This document shows positions 35,746 to 43,895 of a stretch of 64,000 nt of DNA, one piece after another. The notes below the pieces were generated by a model that was not told where the DNA came from, did no database searches, and saw only the letters and a list, made by a program, of their open reading frames with translations. The DNA comes from an uncultured bacterium. Lineage in GTDB: Bacteria; Armatimonadota; UBA5829. The stretch is from contig CAZTAO010000012.1 in NCBI GenBank assembly GCA_964611645.1, positions 44,688 through 108,687 on the forward strand. The letters run 5' to 3'. Each line of letters starts with the position of its first letter. The first letter of the stretch is position 1. The position numbers were made by a program, and so were the translations under genes.

Positions 35746-36369
35746 CTAATCTTGAGAGCACAGGTCACCAATAACTCGACTTACAATTCCCCAGCCAAAC
35801 CCTCTTCTCTGGAGGTATCCGGCCACTTTCTTTCTTGCATCGATTCCGATGCCGAGCCTGCCGATCTTCGGCTCTGCCAGTTTCCTGGCCAGCTCGTACT
35901 CCTGTAGGTCATCCACCTGGGCAACTGCCTGCCCAGCGACCTCCCGGTCAACTCCTCTACGCCGGAGTTCCCATTTCAACCGCGACTTCCCCATCGGCTT
36001 GTTGGCCGTTCGGGACCTGACCCACGCATCGCTGAAGGTAACATCGTTCAGCATTTCCAGCCGCGCTAGTCTCTCAATCGCACCGGACACCACTTCCTCT
36101 CCAAAACCCTCTTTGGAGAGCCTAGTCCGGATTTCCCCTGTTGAGCGACTCCTGTAACTTATCAGGCTCAACGCTCTCTCAAACGCTCTTCGGGCGCCGT
36201 CGGGACTGCACAGGTTTGCTGCATCCTCCTCAGACAGCTCCTGGCCGACGCTCCACCCCATAGCGGACACCGCGTCCGCGTTACATCCCACGGCGTACTT
36301 GCCGTCAATATATACCGACACCCTGTCGGCTCGTCTCTTCTGCCTGTTTATGGCAGTTATGCGGCCCAT
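35746..36369 (-). CDS. recX: Recombination regulator RecX
   Basis: ITAINRQKRRADRVSVYIDGKYA... plus three-helix repeats, directly downstream of recA. ATG 36369 overlaps the recA TGA. The alternative start is GTG 36384. Confidence 0.85.
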   Translation of the reverse strand: MGRITAINRQKRRADRVSVYIDGKYAVGCNADAVSAMGWSVGQELSEEDAANLCSPDGARRAFERALSLISYRSRSTGEIRTRLSKEGFGEEVVSGAIERLARLEMLNDVTFSDAWVRSRTANKPMGKSRLKWELRRRGVDREVAGQAVAQVDDLQEYELARKLAEPKIGRLGIGIDARKKVAGYLQRRGFGWGIVSRVIGDLCSQD

Positions 36370-37352
36370 CAGGCCTCTTCGCACTTCGCGCGTATCAGAA
36401 CCTCAAGTTCCGTGAGTAGTTCCGGATTGTCCTCGAGGGTCTTGCGCGCGTTTTCCCGACCCTGGCCGAGCCTCTGCTCGCCGTAATTGAACCAGGTGCC
36501 GGTTTTGGTAATAAACCCCATATCCGTGGCAAGGTCCAGGATATCGCCGACCTTGGATATACCCTTGCCGAAAATAATCTCGAACTCGGCGTTCTTGAAA
36601 GGCGGCCCGACCTTGTTCTTGGCCACTTTCACCTTGACCCTGTTCCCAATCGCCTCGCCGCCGACCTTTATTGTCTCCATCCTGCGAACTTCCAACCGGA
36701 CACTCGCCCAGAACTTCAGCGCGCGACCGCCAGGGGTGGTCTCAGGGTTGCCGAACATAACGCCGATCTTCTCGCGGATCTGGTTGATGAAGATAGCCGC
36801 CGTGTTGGACTTAGACAACGACCCGCCGACCTTGCGCAGCGCCTGCGACATCAGCCTGGCCTGCAGGCCCATGTGCGAGTCGCCCATGTCGCCTTCGATC
36901 TCGGCCTTGGGGACCAGCGCCGCCACCGAGTCGAGCACCACCACGTCGATGGCGCCGCTCCGAATGAGGGCGTCCATTATCTCTAACGCTTCCTCACCGG
37001 TATCCGGTTGGGAAACCAGGAGTGCATCTATATCTACTCCCAGATTCGCCGCGTACGTCGCGTCCACGGAATGCTCCGCGTCCACAAATGCAGCTATACC
37101 GCCGGCCTTCTGAGCCTCGGCGATAATGTGGTAGGCCAGGGTCGTCTTACCCGAGGACTCCTGACCGTAGATCTCAATTATCCTGCCACGTGGTATGCCG
37201 CCAACCCCCAGCGCGATATCCAGCGACAACGAACCCGTGGATATTACCGACACATCCATCTTGGGCTTCTCACCCAACCTGATCACCGAACCCCGGCCAA
37301 ACTGCTTATCTATCTGGGCCAGAGCCATATCGAGGGCTTTGGTCTTATCCAT
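36369..37352 (-). CDS. recA: Recombinase RecA
   Basis: Motifs: [18 protein letters not shown], Walker [16 protein letters not shown] and the L2 region. Confidence 0.97.
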   Translation of the reverse strand: MDKTKALDMALAQIDKQFGRGSVIRLGEKPKMDVSVISTGSLSLDIALGVGGIPRGRIIEIYGQESSGKTTLAYHIIAEAQKAGGIAAFVDAEHSVDATYAANLGVDIDALLVSQPDTGEEALEIMDALIRSGAIDVVVLDSVAALVPKAEIEGDMGDSHMGLQARLMSQALRKVGGSLSKSNTAAIFINQIREKIGVMFGNPETTPGGRALKFWASVRLEVRRMETIKVGGEAIGNRVKVKVAKNKVGPPFKNAEFEIIFGKGISKVGDILDLATDMGFITKTGTWFNYGEQRLGQGRENARKTLEDNPELLTELEVLIRAKCEEA

Positions 37353-37410
37353 TAGCGCGCACCCCTTGGCTATGATTTATCGCTCAACGAGCGTCCCGTC
37401 TCACGTCTCT

Positions 37411-37481
37411 CGCGTCACCCTGAACTTGTTTCAGGGTCTCCTCTTGATCCAGAACAGATGCTGAAACAAGTTCAGCATGAC
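37411..37481. repeat. REP-like double hairpin, family B (inverted copy)
   Basis: Hairpins at 37417-37437 (ACCCTGAA-CTTGT-TTCAGGGT) and 37458-37478 (ATGCTGAA-ACAAG-TTCAGCAT). The second overlaps the thpR stop codon. Confidence 0.85.
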
Positions 37482-38050
37482 GTTTCTCCCAGTGGCAACG
37501 AGTGCAGGACCGTATAGACCGGCCCGGCGCTGGTGAGTTCGCTCGCCATCACCGCCACTTCGCCGACCCGCGCTACTCCCAATTTGTCGGCGCTTGTCTT
37601 GTCAATCGCTTCGGCCAAACACGCCGGAGCGCCGCGTTCCCTTGCCCTGCAAATAGCGATATGCGGGACGAAACGCTTTTCATCGCCCTTGAACCCGGCT
37701 TGCGCCAGGGCCTCTTCCACCCTTTTCGCAAGCTCTGTAAGCTGGTCCGCGCCATCGGAGACTCCCGCCCACACGGTTCTGGCTCTGCGAATGTTCGGAA
37801 ACACCCCCAGCCCGGAGACAGTCATCTCAAACGGCTCTATACCTGCCGCGGCATCTTTGACTGCAGCGGCCACCTGTGCCATACCCTCTTCGGGAACATC
37901 TCCCAGGAACTGGAGCGTGATGTGGAAGCAGTCGGGCTTGACCCAACGCATATCGGGGGCGAGCTTCCTCAACTCGGCCTGGACCCGGGCGATTTCTCGC
38001 CTGAGGTCCTCGTCGAGAAGGACAGCCACGAAGGTGCGGATGACTTTCAT
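37472..38050 (-). CDS. thpR: RNA 2',3'-cyclic phosphodiesterase (2H / LigT family)
   Basis: ATG 38050 overlaps the cinA TGA. There are two H-x-T/S-type motifs: FHITLQFLG and PHIAICR. Confidence 0.85.
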   Translation of the reverse strand: MKVIRTFVAVLLDEDLRREIARVQAELRKLAPDMRWVKPDCFHITLQFLGDVPEEGMAQVAAAVKDAAAGIEPFEMTVSGLGVFPNIRRARTVWAGVSDGADQLTELAKRVEEALAQAGFKGDEKRFVPHIAICRARERGAPACLAEAIDKTSADKLGVARVGEVAVMASELTSAGPVYTVLHSLPLGETSC

Positions 38051-39297
38051 CAGGTTCGGGTTAGCAGCGCCAGTCTGATCATATTCAAGGCGACCTGGGT
38101 TGCGCGTTGTTTCACATCTTCCCTGCCGCCCGGGAACTGGTTCCTTGTTGTCTGGGTGTGTCCATCGATGCAAAGGGACATATATACCAATCCAACAGGC
38201 TTGGTCGGAGTTCCGCCTGTTGGCCCGGCTATTCCGGTAATGCCAACCGAGACATCGCTCCCCGACACCCGCCTGACTCCCTCGGCCATCGACGCGGCCA
38301 CCTCTTCGCTGACCGCTCCGCGCTCTGCTATCATATCTTCCGGCACGCCCAGCAGCTTCGATTTAGACTGATTGCTATAGCTCACAATGCCCATCTCCAG
38401 GACATCGGAGCTTCCCGGCACATTCGTGATTCTGTTGGCTAACAGCCCGCCCGTGCAGCTCTCCGCGACCGACAAAGTCAGTCCTTTCTCCCGGAGAAGC
38501 CCCACTACCACGTCTTCCAGTCTCTGCTTGTCTCTCCCGTAAACGCTTTCGCCCAGAATCGACACCAGCCTGGCATCGGTTTCATCCAGCATGGCATCAG
38601 CTTCAGGCCCACTGCCTGCCTTCGCGGTGATCCGCAGATGCACTTCCCACGAACCGGCCAGCGGAGCGACAGTAGGGTTGTCGGAAGACAACAAGCTCCT
38701 AACTTTATCTTCTACACTCGATTCGCCAACTCCTGCAATTCGTAAAACTCGGCTTCTGATAATTGATACGCATTCGCCGAGCCGCTGCCGCAGGAGCGGC
38801 AACACCTGTTCGTCAACCATCGGGTTGAACTCTCGCGGCGGCCCCGGCATCGATATTACCAGTTTGCCTTGACCCGCCTCAAACAAAGCCCCGGGGGCCG
38901 TGCCGTTGGGGTTGGGGACTTTCGCCCCTCGCTTCGGAAGCATCGCTTGCTTAAGGTTTGTTGCAGGCATTTCGATCCCTCGGGTCTTGAAAAACGCCCG
39001 CAGATCAGCCGCCGATTCCTCGTCCAAAACCAACTCATCGCCCAGGACTTTCGCCACTGTCTCCTTGGTAAGATCGTCCTGGGTTGGGCCAAGCCCACCG
39101 ATAGTAAAGACCACATCCGAGCGGCTGAGCGCAAGCTCAAGCGCGCTCACGAGGCGGGCTTCGTTATCTCCCACGGTAGACCGGAAATGGAGGTCAATCC
39201 CAAGCTCGGGAAGTCTCGAAGACAGGTACGCCGCGTTGGTGTCGGTAATCTGACCCAACAGCAGTTCAGTGCCCACGGAGATAATCTCGGCTCGCAT
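38050..39297 (-). CDS. cinA: CinA family competence/damage-inducible protein (MoCF-binding domain plus PncC nicotinamide-nucleotide amidase domain)
   Basis: MRAEIISVGTELLLGQITDTNAAYLS...GGLGPTQDDLTKE. The C-terminal region has ESCTGG and the PncC domain. ATG 39297 follows GGAG. Confidence 0.92.
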   Translation of the reverse strand: MRAEIISVGTELLLGQITDTNAAYLSSRLPELGIDLHFRSTVGDNEARLVSALELALSRSDVVFTIGGLGPTQDDLTKETVAKVLGDELVLDEESAADLRAFFKTRGIEMPATNLKQAMLPKRGAKVPNPNGTAPGALFEAGQGKLVISMPGPPREFNPMVDEQVLPLLRQRLGECVSIIRSRVLRIAGVGESSVEDKVRSLLSSDNPTVAPLAGSWEVHLRITAKAGSGPEADAMLDETDARLVSILGESVYGRDKQRLEDVVVGLLREKGLTLSVAESCTGGLLANRITNVPGSSDVLEMGIVSYSNQSKSKLLGVPEDMIAERGAVSEEVAASMAEGVRRVSGSDVSVGITGIAGPTGGTPTKPVGLVYMSLCIDGHTQTTRNQFPGGREDVKQRATQVALNMIRLALLTRT

Positions 39298-39426
39298 TAG
39301 CTTCCACTCCTTCCTTATTAAATTGTAGCGCAGAGAGTCACATTTTCGCAAACGAGAGCGCTGGGGCACGCCAGTTCTATGTTCTGAGTTCAGAGTTCCG
39401 GGTTGGGGCTACGGAAGGCAGCACAA

Positions 39427-39510
39427 TGTCATTCCGAGCTTGCGAGGAATCTGCTTTTCAAACCCACGGAGCAACGGTTGATTCCTCAGTCGCAAGCTCT
39501 TTCCGAATGA
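39427..39510. repeat. Imperfect 24/32-nt inverted repeat (GTCATTCCGAGCTTGCGAGGAATC ... GATTCCTCAGTCGCAAGCTCTTTCCGAATGAC)
   Basis: Read directly, in the divergent cinA / PRC-barrel intergenic region. Confidence 0.75.
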
Positions 39511-39600
39511 CACATCCGTCTTGTGTCCTTCCGAGGAAGTGGTCGTCTGGCTCGTTTGACCCCCTTTCGCATCGGGTAAGTTACTACCAGAGGTGGCGAT

Positions 39601-40407
39601 ATGTATCATAGTGCAAAAAGCATAACCGGGTCCAAAGTCAGCGCAAGCGATGGCGAAGTCGGCAAGGTATACGACCTGTACTTCGACGGGAAGTCGTGGG
39701 AGATTCGATATCTAGCGGTGGACACAGGCCAGTGGCTTGAAGGGCAGTGCGTCTGGGGTTCGCCAATGTCGATCCAGCAGGTGGATTGGGACAATCGGGT
39801 GATCCAGGTCAATTTCACCAGGGAGCACATCCAAAGCAGTCCGGACGTTGATACGGTCAAGCCCGAGGAACTGCGAAAGCTGGAGGATCTTCGCAAGAAT
39901 GCCTCATGGCCTGCATTCCGGGTCTTTCCCATGTCTTCAGGCTACTCCGGCGTCGGGTACCCGTTCAACTCACCGGGCGCAGCGGTTCTCGGAGTTGTGC
40001 CGGGCCGTATAGACGGCGAGCCTGGGACGCTGGCAACGGAGCCTCCAGAGGAGGTCCCGGAGCCTACGATCGAAGACACCCCGCTGCGAAGCGCGATTCA
40101 GGTCGAAAGCTACAAGATATCCGCTGAGGACGGGCAAATAGGGCGCGTTCAGGACTTCCTGATAGACGACAAGACCTGGACCATAGGCTACGTGGTGGTG
40201 AACACGGGGAGTTGGCTGCCGGGCAAGCAGGTATTGGTGCCGGTGGATTTCGTCACTGAGGCAAACTGGCAGCAGTCGCTCGTAGGCCTTTGTGTCTCCC
40301 GAGACCAGGTCAAGAGCAGCCCTGCGTATGATGACTCGGTCCCGCTGACCCGCGAATACGAATCGAAACTCTACGAACACTACGGACTGCCCAAGCGTTG
40401 GGAATGA
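39601..40407 (+). CDS. Tandem PRC-barrel domain protein
   Basis: Two copies of the PRC-barrel signature: KVSASDGEVGKVYDLYFDGKSWEIRYLAVDTG and KISAEDGQIGRVQDFLIDDKTWTIGYVVVNTG. Confidence 0.8.
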   Translation: MYHSAKSITGSKVSASDGEVGKVYDLYFDGKSWEIRYLAVDTGQWLEGQCVWGSPMSIQQVDWDNRVIQVNFTREHIQSSPDVDTVKPEELRKLEDLRKNASWPAFRVFPMSSGYSGVGYPFNSPGAAVLGVVPGRIDGEPGTLATEPPEEVPEPTIEDTPLRSAIQVESYKISAEDGQIGRVQDFLIDDKTWTIGYVVVNTGSWLPGKQVLVPVDFVTEANWQQSLVGLCVSRDQVKSSPAYDDSVPLTREYESKLYEHYGLPKRWE

Positions 40408-40436
40408 GTTGGTTGAGGGTTGCGATGATTCCCCAG

Positions 40437-40575
40437 GTGTTTCGGGATTTGAGGAGCGACCACGAGCCTACGAATAGGAGAATCGGCCTCAACGGCTCCG
40501 GAAATCCCGAAACATTATGCCACATACGAGAGATAAGTTTCGGGACTTCCGCTGCGGCTCAAGTCCCGAAACACC
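40437..40575. repeat. Two family A REP-like hairpins in opposite orientation
   Basis: 40437-40513 has family A arms with a loop insertion of about 40 nt. 40537-40575 is a reverse-complement copy with a compensated T-A to C-G stem change. Confidence 0.85.
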
Positions 40576-40610
40576 GGACACCGGACCTCAGTACTAATAA
40601 GGAGATACCG

Positions 40611-41003
40611 ATGAAGAAGAATGTGGGTTTGTGGATCGACCACAGGAATGCTCTGATTGTGATTCCCAACGGCGAATCGGACGAGATAAAGAAGATACTG
40701 TCCAACGTGGAGAAGCGCGGCTGGTTCTCCGGCCCGGCCGCCCAGGACCGCACCGCAGACGACATCCGCGACCGGGGAATAGCTAGCGACCTCGGCAAGT
40801 ACTATGACCAGGTGATATGCGCGGTTCGCGAGTTCGATTCCATCCTCATCACAGGCCCCGGCGAAGCCAAGAGAGAACTCCAGAAGAAGCTGGAGAAAGA
40901 AGGCCTGGGCAAGCGAATAGTAGCCGTTGAAACAGCCGACAAAATGACCGACCGTCAATTCGTAGCCAAAGTGCGGCAGAGGTTTGTGAAGGTGGCGGTC
41001 TGA
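40611..41003 (+). CDS. Hypothetical protein, possibly host-attachment/baeRF-like
   Basis: ATG 40611 follows AAGGAG. VGLWIDHRNALIV...ILITGPGEAKRELQKKL weakly recalls an eRF1/Pelota domain-3-like fold. Confidence 0.5.
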   Translation: MKKNVGLWIDHRNALIVIPNGESDEIKKILSNVEKRGWFSGPAAQDRTADDIRDRGIASDLGKYYDQVICAVREFDSILITGPGEAKRELQKKLEKEGLGKRIVAVETADKMTDRQFVAKVRQRFVKVAV

Positions 41004-41189
41004 CCTCGTACAAGCAAGGGGGCGCGTTTCACTAATAGAGATGCCCAAATTTGACGTGCCTGGTTAGCACTGATACCGGGCGGCGGGCCGACAATCTCAG
41101 ATACCCGCGCTTTGGTTGAGGATAACGCGCCCCAATTGAATTCTACCACCATTTCCCCGGCAGTCAAGGCCTTGGCGGAAAAAATGTGG

Positions 41190-41335
41190 GGGTTATTTTT
41201 ACATGGATGTACAGGATGAACAGGACATGGAGATCGGATCGGTGTAGCTTCGCCCTCCCGACTTCCGCGTCATCCGCCGGAATCCGCGTGATTCGCGATT
41301 CAACCCGATCTCCATCTGTGCCATCTGCGGTTAAC
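41190..41335. repeat. Composite interspersed repeat, family C
   Basis: GGATGTACAGGATGAACAGGA is followed by GGAGATCGG...CGCCCTCCCGACTTCCGCGTCATCCGCCGGAATCCGCGTGATTCGCGATTCA...CCGATCTCC and then CCATCTGTGCCATCTGCGGTTAAC. Related copies are at 43764-43817 and 55226-55262. Confidence 0.75.
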
Positions 41336-41438
41336 TCCGTTCTCCTTCGACCTCTCAGACATTGCGTAAAACACCTACTGTGTCCTATCCTGTAGACAAA
41401 TCCGCGGGTTGCGGGCGTCTATATATGTGTGAACGGAT

Positions 41439-41996
41439 ATGACACAGGACAGCGCTGAGTTGAGACCTTGGGCGGTGAGAGCCGCTGGGGAACGGGAAGA
41501 TGCTTCCGACAGGGAGTTTCTGGAAGCGATGTATGACCACTTCTCGCGGCCTTTGTATCGTTACGCCCGCGCCATTCTGGACTCCGACGACGATGCCGAG
41601 GATGCAATCAGCGCCATGTTCGCGAGGCTGGCCCGGGATATGGGCGGGGCGAGGCGGGCAGACGACCTTCGCGCCTACCTCTTTCGATCAGCCCGCCACG
41701 CAGCCTACGACATTCTCCGGGCCAAGCGCAGAAGGGTCCAATTGGAGCAGGCGTCTGTTGATAACTGCGAGGCAGCATCTTCAATGGACCCGGAAACCGA
41801 TTCCCTGCGCACCCAACTTCTGGCCCTGCCGATGGAGCAGCGGGAAGTGGTGGTATTGAAGGTCTTCGAGCAGATGACCTTTGGCGAAATAGCGGAACTG
41901 CTGGGCAAACCAGCCAACACAGTCGCCAGCCGATACCGTTACGCTATGGACAAGCTCAGGCGAGAGCTTACCGACCAAGGACAAAGCAATGGATGA
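41439..41996 (+). CDS. ECF-type RNA polymerase sigma-70 factor
   Basis: Region 2: YRYARAILDSDDDAEDAISAMF. Region 4: REVVVLKVFEQMTFGEIAELLGKPANTVASRYRYAMDKLR. Confidence 0.85.
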   Translation: MTQDSAELRPWAVRAAGEREDASDREFLEAMYDHFSRPLYRYARAILDSDDDAEDAISAMFARLARDMGGARRADDLRAYLFRSARHAAYDILRAKRRRVQLEQASVDNCEAASSMDPETDSLRTQLLALPMEQREVVVLKVFEQMTFGEIAELLGKPANTVASRYRYAMDKLRRELTDQGQSNG

Positions 41997-42312
41997 CCAA
42001 ACGCTGGAAAAGAAACTGAAAGCCGCCTGGGACCCCACCCCACCCGACGGAATGCGGGAACGGGTGCTGGCCAAGGCGATGAATGAACTGCCAACGCCCG
42101 CAAGACCTCGAGTCTTCACCTGGCGGGTCGCGCTATCGATGGCGGCGGTGGTGGTGGTGATCGGCTGCAACCTGCTGGACAACCACTGGATGGGCGGAGC
42201 CAACCTGCCACCCGCCAACAGCCATATCTATCAAGCCTTGAGATCGAGGACTGAACTTGCTCGGGCGCTGGGTGATATCAGCGGCGAGGTTCCGGGAGGG
42301 CATTACCGATGA
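41989..42312 (+). CDS. Putative membrane-anchored anti-sigma factor
   Basis: It overlaps the sigma-factor stop by 8 nt and has a single TM helix (VALSMAAVVVVIGCNLL). The call rests on position. Confidence 0.5.
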   Translation: MDDQTLEKKLKAAWDPTPPDGMRERVLAKAMNELPTPARPRVFTWRVALSMAAVVVVIGCNLLDNHWMGGANLPPANSHIYQALRSRTELARALGDISGEVPGGHYR

Positions 42313-43736
42313 GCAGCAATGGCGCATTTCCAACATTTGCCCGTATACCGGGTCTGCTATTTCACGCGCTGGTGCGGCTATTCGTGTGGTTCTTCCGCAT
42401 GCTGCTTCGCCGATGGAAACCAGTCTTGGGAACGCTATTGATCATTGCAGTGATCTACGCTGCCGCGAGCGCGGTCCTAAGTTACAAGGTGTCGCGCGAG
42501 CTGGCAAGGATCAAGGCGGAAGGAAGCCCGGTTGAGATGAGCGACCTCGCGGGTCCGGCTGTTCCTGACTCAGAGAATGGCGCTCTTATCTACGAGCAAG
42601 CATTTGAAGGCATTAGGGCTATTGAGCGCTCCAGGTTGTTCAATGATTTCTACTACCGCGAGAACGATAGCCCAAGTTTCCTGCCGCGCCCTAAGGCACA
42701 CAGCGAGGCGTGGTGGAATGACGCTTACGCCCTGTTCAGAAGGTACGACCGCGCCTATTACTCCAAAGTGCTGCAGGCCCAAGCAATGCCGACATGCTAC
42801 TTCCAGTATGACTACTCTACCGGCCGCGATATCACAAACACGGTGAATGAGCATCTTGAGCCGCTGATGTCACTCGGGCGCGTACTGAGCCTGAGAAGCC
42901 TAGCGATGGCAAGGCAGGGTAAGGTTGACGAAGCGGTCGATTCCCTGGTCGCCGAAGTGAGGCTCCAGAAAGCTATCGCGCACGGTCAGACGCTCTTCCA
43001 CACACTGACGGGCTACGCGATACTGTACAGAGCGACTGACACTGCCGCGGAAGTGGCGCAGCTAAGCCAACTCACTGAAGCGCAAGCCCAGAGACTCGAT
43101 CGGGTCTTGGCGAGCACAGACCCGCAACCCAGCCTGATCTCGGGCCTCAATGCTGAGAGGGCCTTGTGCATCTGGGGATACCGAGCCAGCCGCAAGGATC
43201 CATCGGCCCTGAGAAGTCTTGGTATCATTGAGACGTCTTCTCTCGCGCCGATATCGCTGCGGATCAGGCCTCTGTTCTATGCAGATTTCCTCGCATACCT
43301 GAGAGCGACACGCAAGCACCTCGACCTTTCCCGCTTGCCATATAGGGAGGCTCAGGACGGGATTGCGCAATGCGACGAAAAGTTGGCGAAGCTGCCGAGG
43401 TTCTGGCTATCCCCGTTTCTAGGATCAGTTCCCGGACCGTTCATGAAGAGAAGAGATACCGCAATTGCCGACCTCAGCGGCGCGCGGATCGTAATAGCCC
43501 TTCACCAGTACAAGCAGCGGTATGGACAGTTCCCGCCATCGTTAGCTGTGATGAGTTCAACTCTGAAGTGGACAGCTCCGATTGACCCCTTTGCCGGCGG
43601 CCCATTCAAATACAAACGCCAGGGCGATGGATTCCTCCTATATAGCATAGGCGGAGACCTCAAGGACAATGACGGAGTAGAAGAGAGGGCGATCCCGGTG
43701 CAAAGACGCGAAGGCGACATCGTCTGGCGGGAATAG
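42309..43736 (+). CDS. Hypothetical membrane-anchored protein
   Basis: ATGA overlap with the upstream gene. It has an N-terminal TM helix and a helical repeat-like body. The C-terminus reads DPFAGGPFKYKRQGDGFLLYSIGGDLKDNDG. Confidence 0.55.
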   Translation: MSSNGAFPTFARIPGLLFHALVRLFVWFFRMLLRRWKPVLGTLLIIAVIYAAASAVLSYKVSRELARIKAEGSPVEMSDLAGPAVPDSENGALIYEQAFEGIRAIERSRLFNDFYYRENDSPSFLPRPKAHSEAWWNDAYALFRRYDRAYYSKVLQAQAMPTCYFQYDYSTGRDITNTVNEHLEPLMSLGRVLSLRSLAMARQGKVDEAVDSLVAEVRLQKAIAHGQTLFHTLTGYAILYRATDTAAEVAQLSQLTEAQAQRLDRVLASTDPQPSLISGLNAERALCIWGYRASRKDPSALRSLGIIETSSLAPISLRIRPLFYADFLAYLRATRKHLDLSRLPYREAQDGIAQCDEKLAKLPRFWLSPFLGSVPGPFMKRRDTAIADLSGARIVIALHQYKQRYGQFPPSLAVMSSTLKWTAPIDPFAGGPFKYKRQGDGFLLYSIGGDLKDNDGVEERAIPVQRREGDIVWRE

Positions 43737-43763
43737 CCGTAGGCATTCGGCTCGGCGCACCAA

Positions 43764-43817
43764 CGCCCTCCCAACTTCCGCGTCATCCGCCTGAATCCGC
43801 GTAATCCGCGATTCAGA
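43764..43817. repeat. Family C interspersed repeat copy
   Basis: CGCCCTCCCAACTTCCGCGTCATCCGCCTGAATCCGCGTAATCCGCGATTCAGA is near-identical to 41241-41300. Confidence 0.8.
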
Positions 43818-43895
43818 CTCGCGCTACCCCAATCACCTTCCACTTGTGCTACAATTCTTGAAGCAAGCCATTACATTGAGCGGGGTGTGTTGGAA

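Noticed and set aside
33978-39297. The cinA-thpR-recA-recX-rny array as a novel system
   Set aside because: All five genes are well-known housekeeping genes. cinA-ligT-recA linkage (for example in Deinococcus) and recA-rny proximity (for example in Firmicutes) are established synteny. Only the flanking hairpin repeats are reported as a finding.
41186-41395. 69-aa ORF in the large intergenic region upstream of the ECF sigma gene
   Set aside because: It consists entirely of translated interspersed-repeat sequence (family C). The same DNA recurs at 43764-43817 in a non-coding context. It has no RBS.
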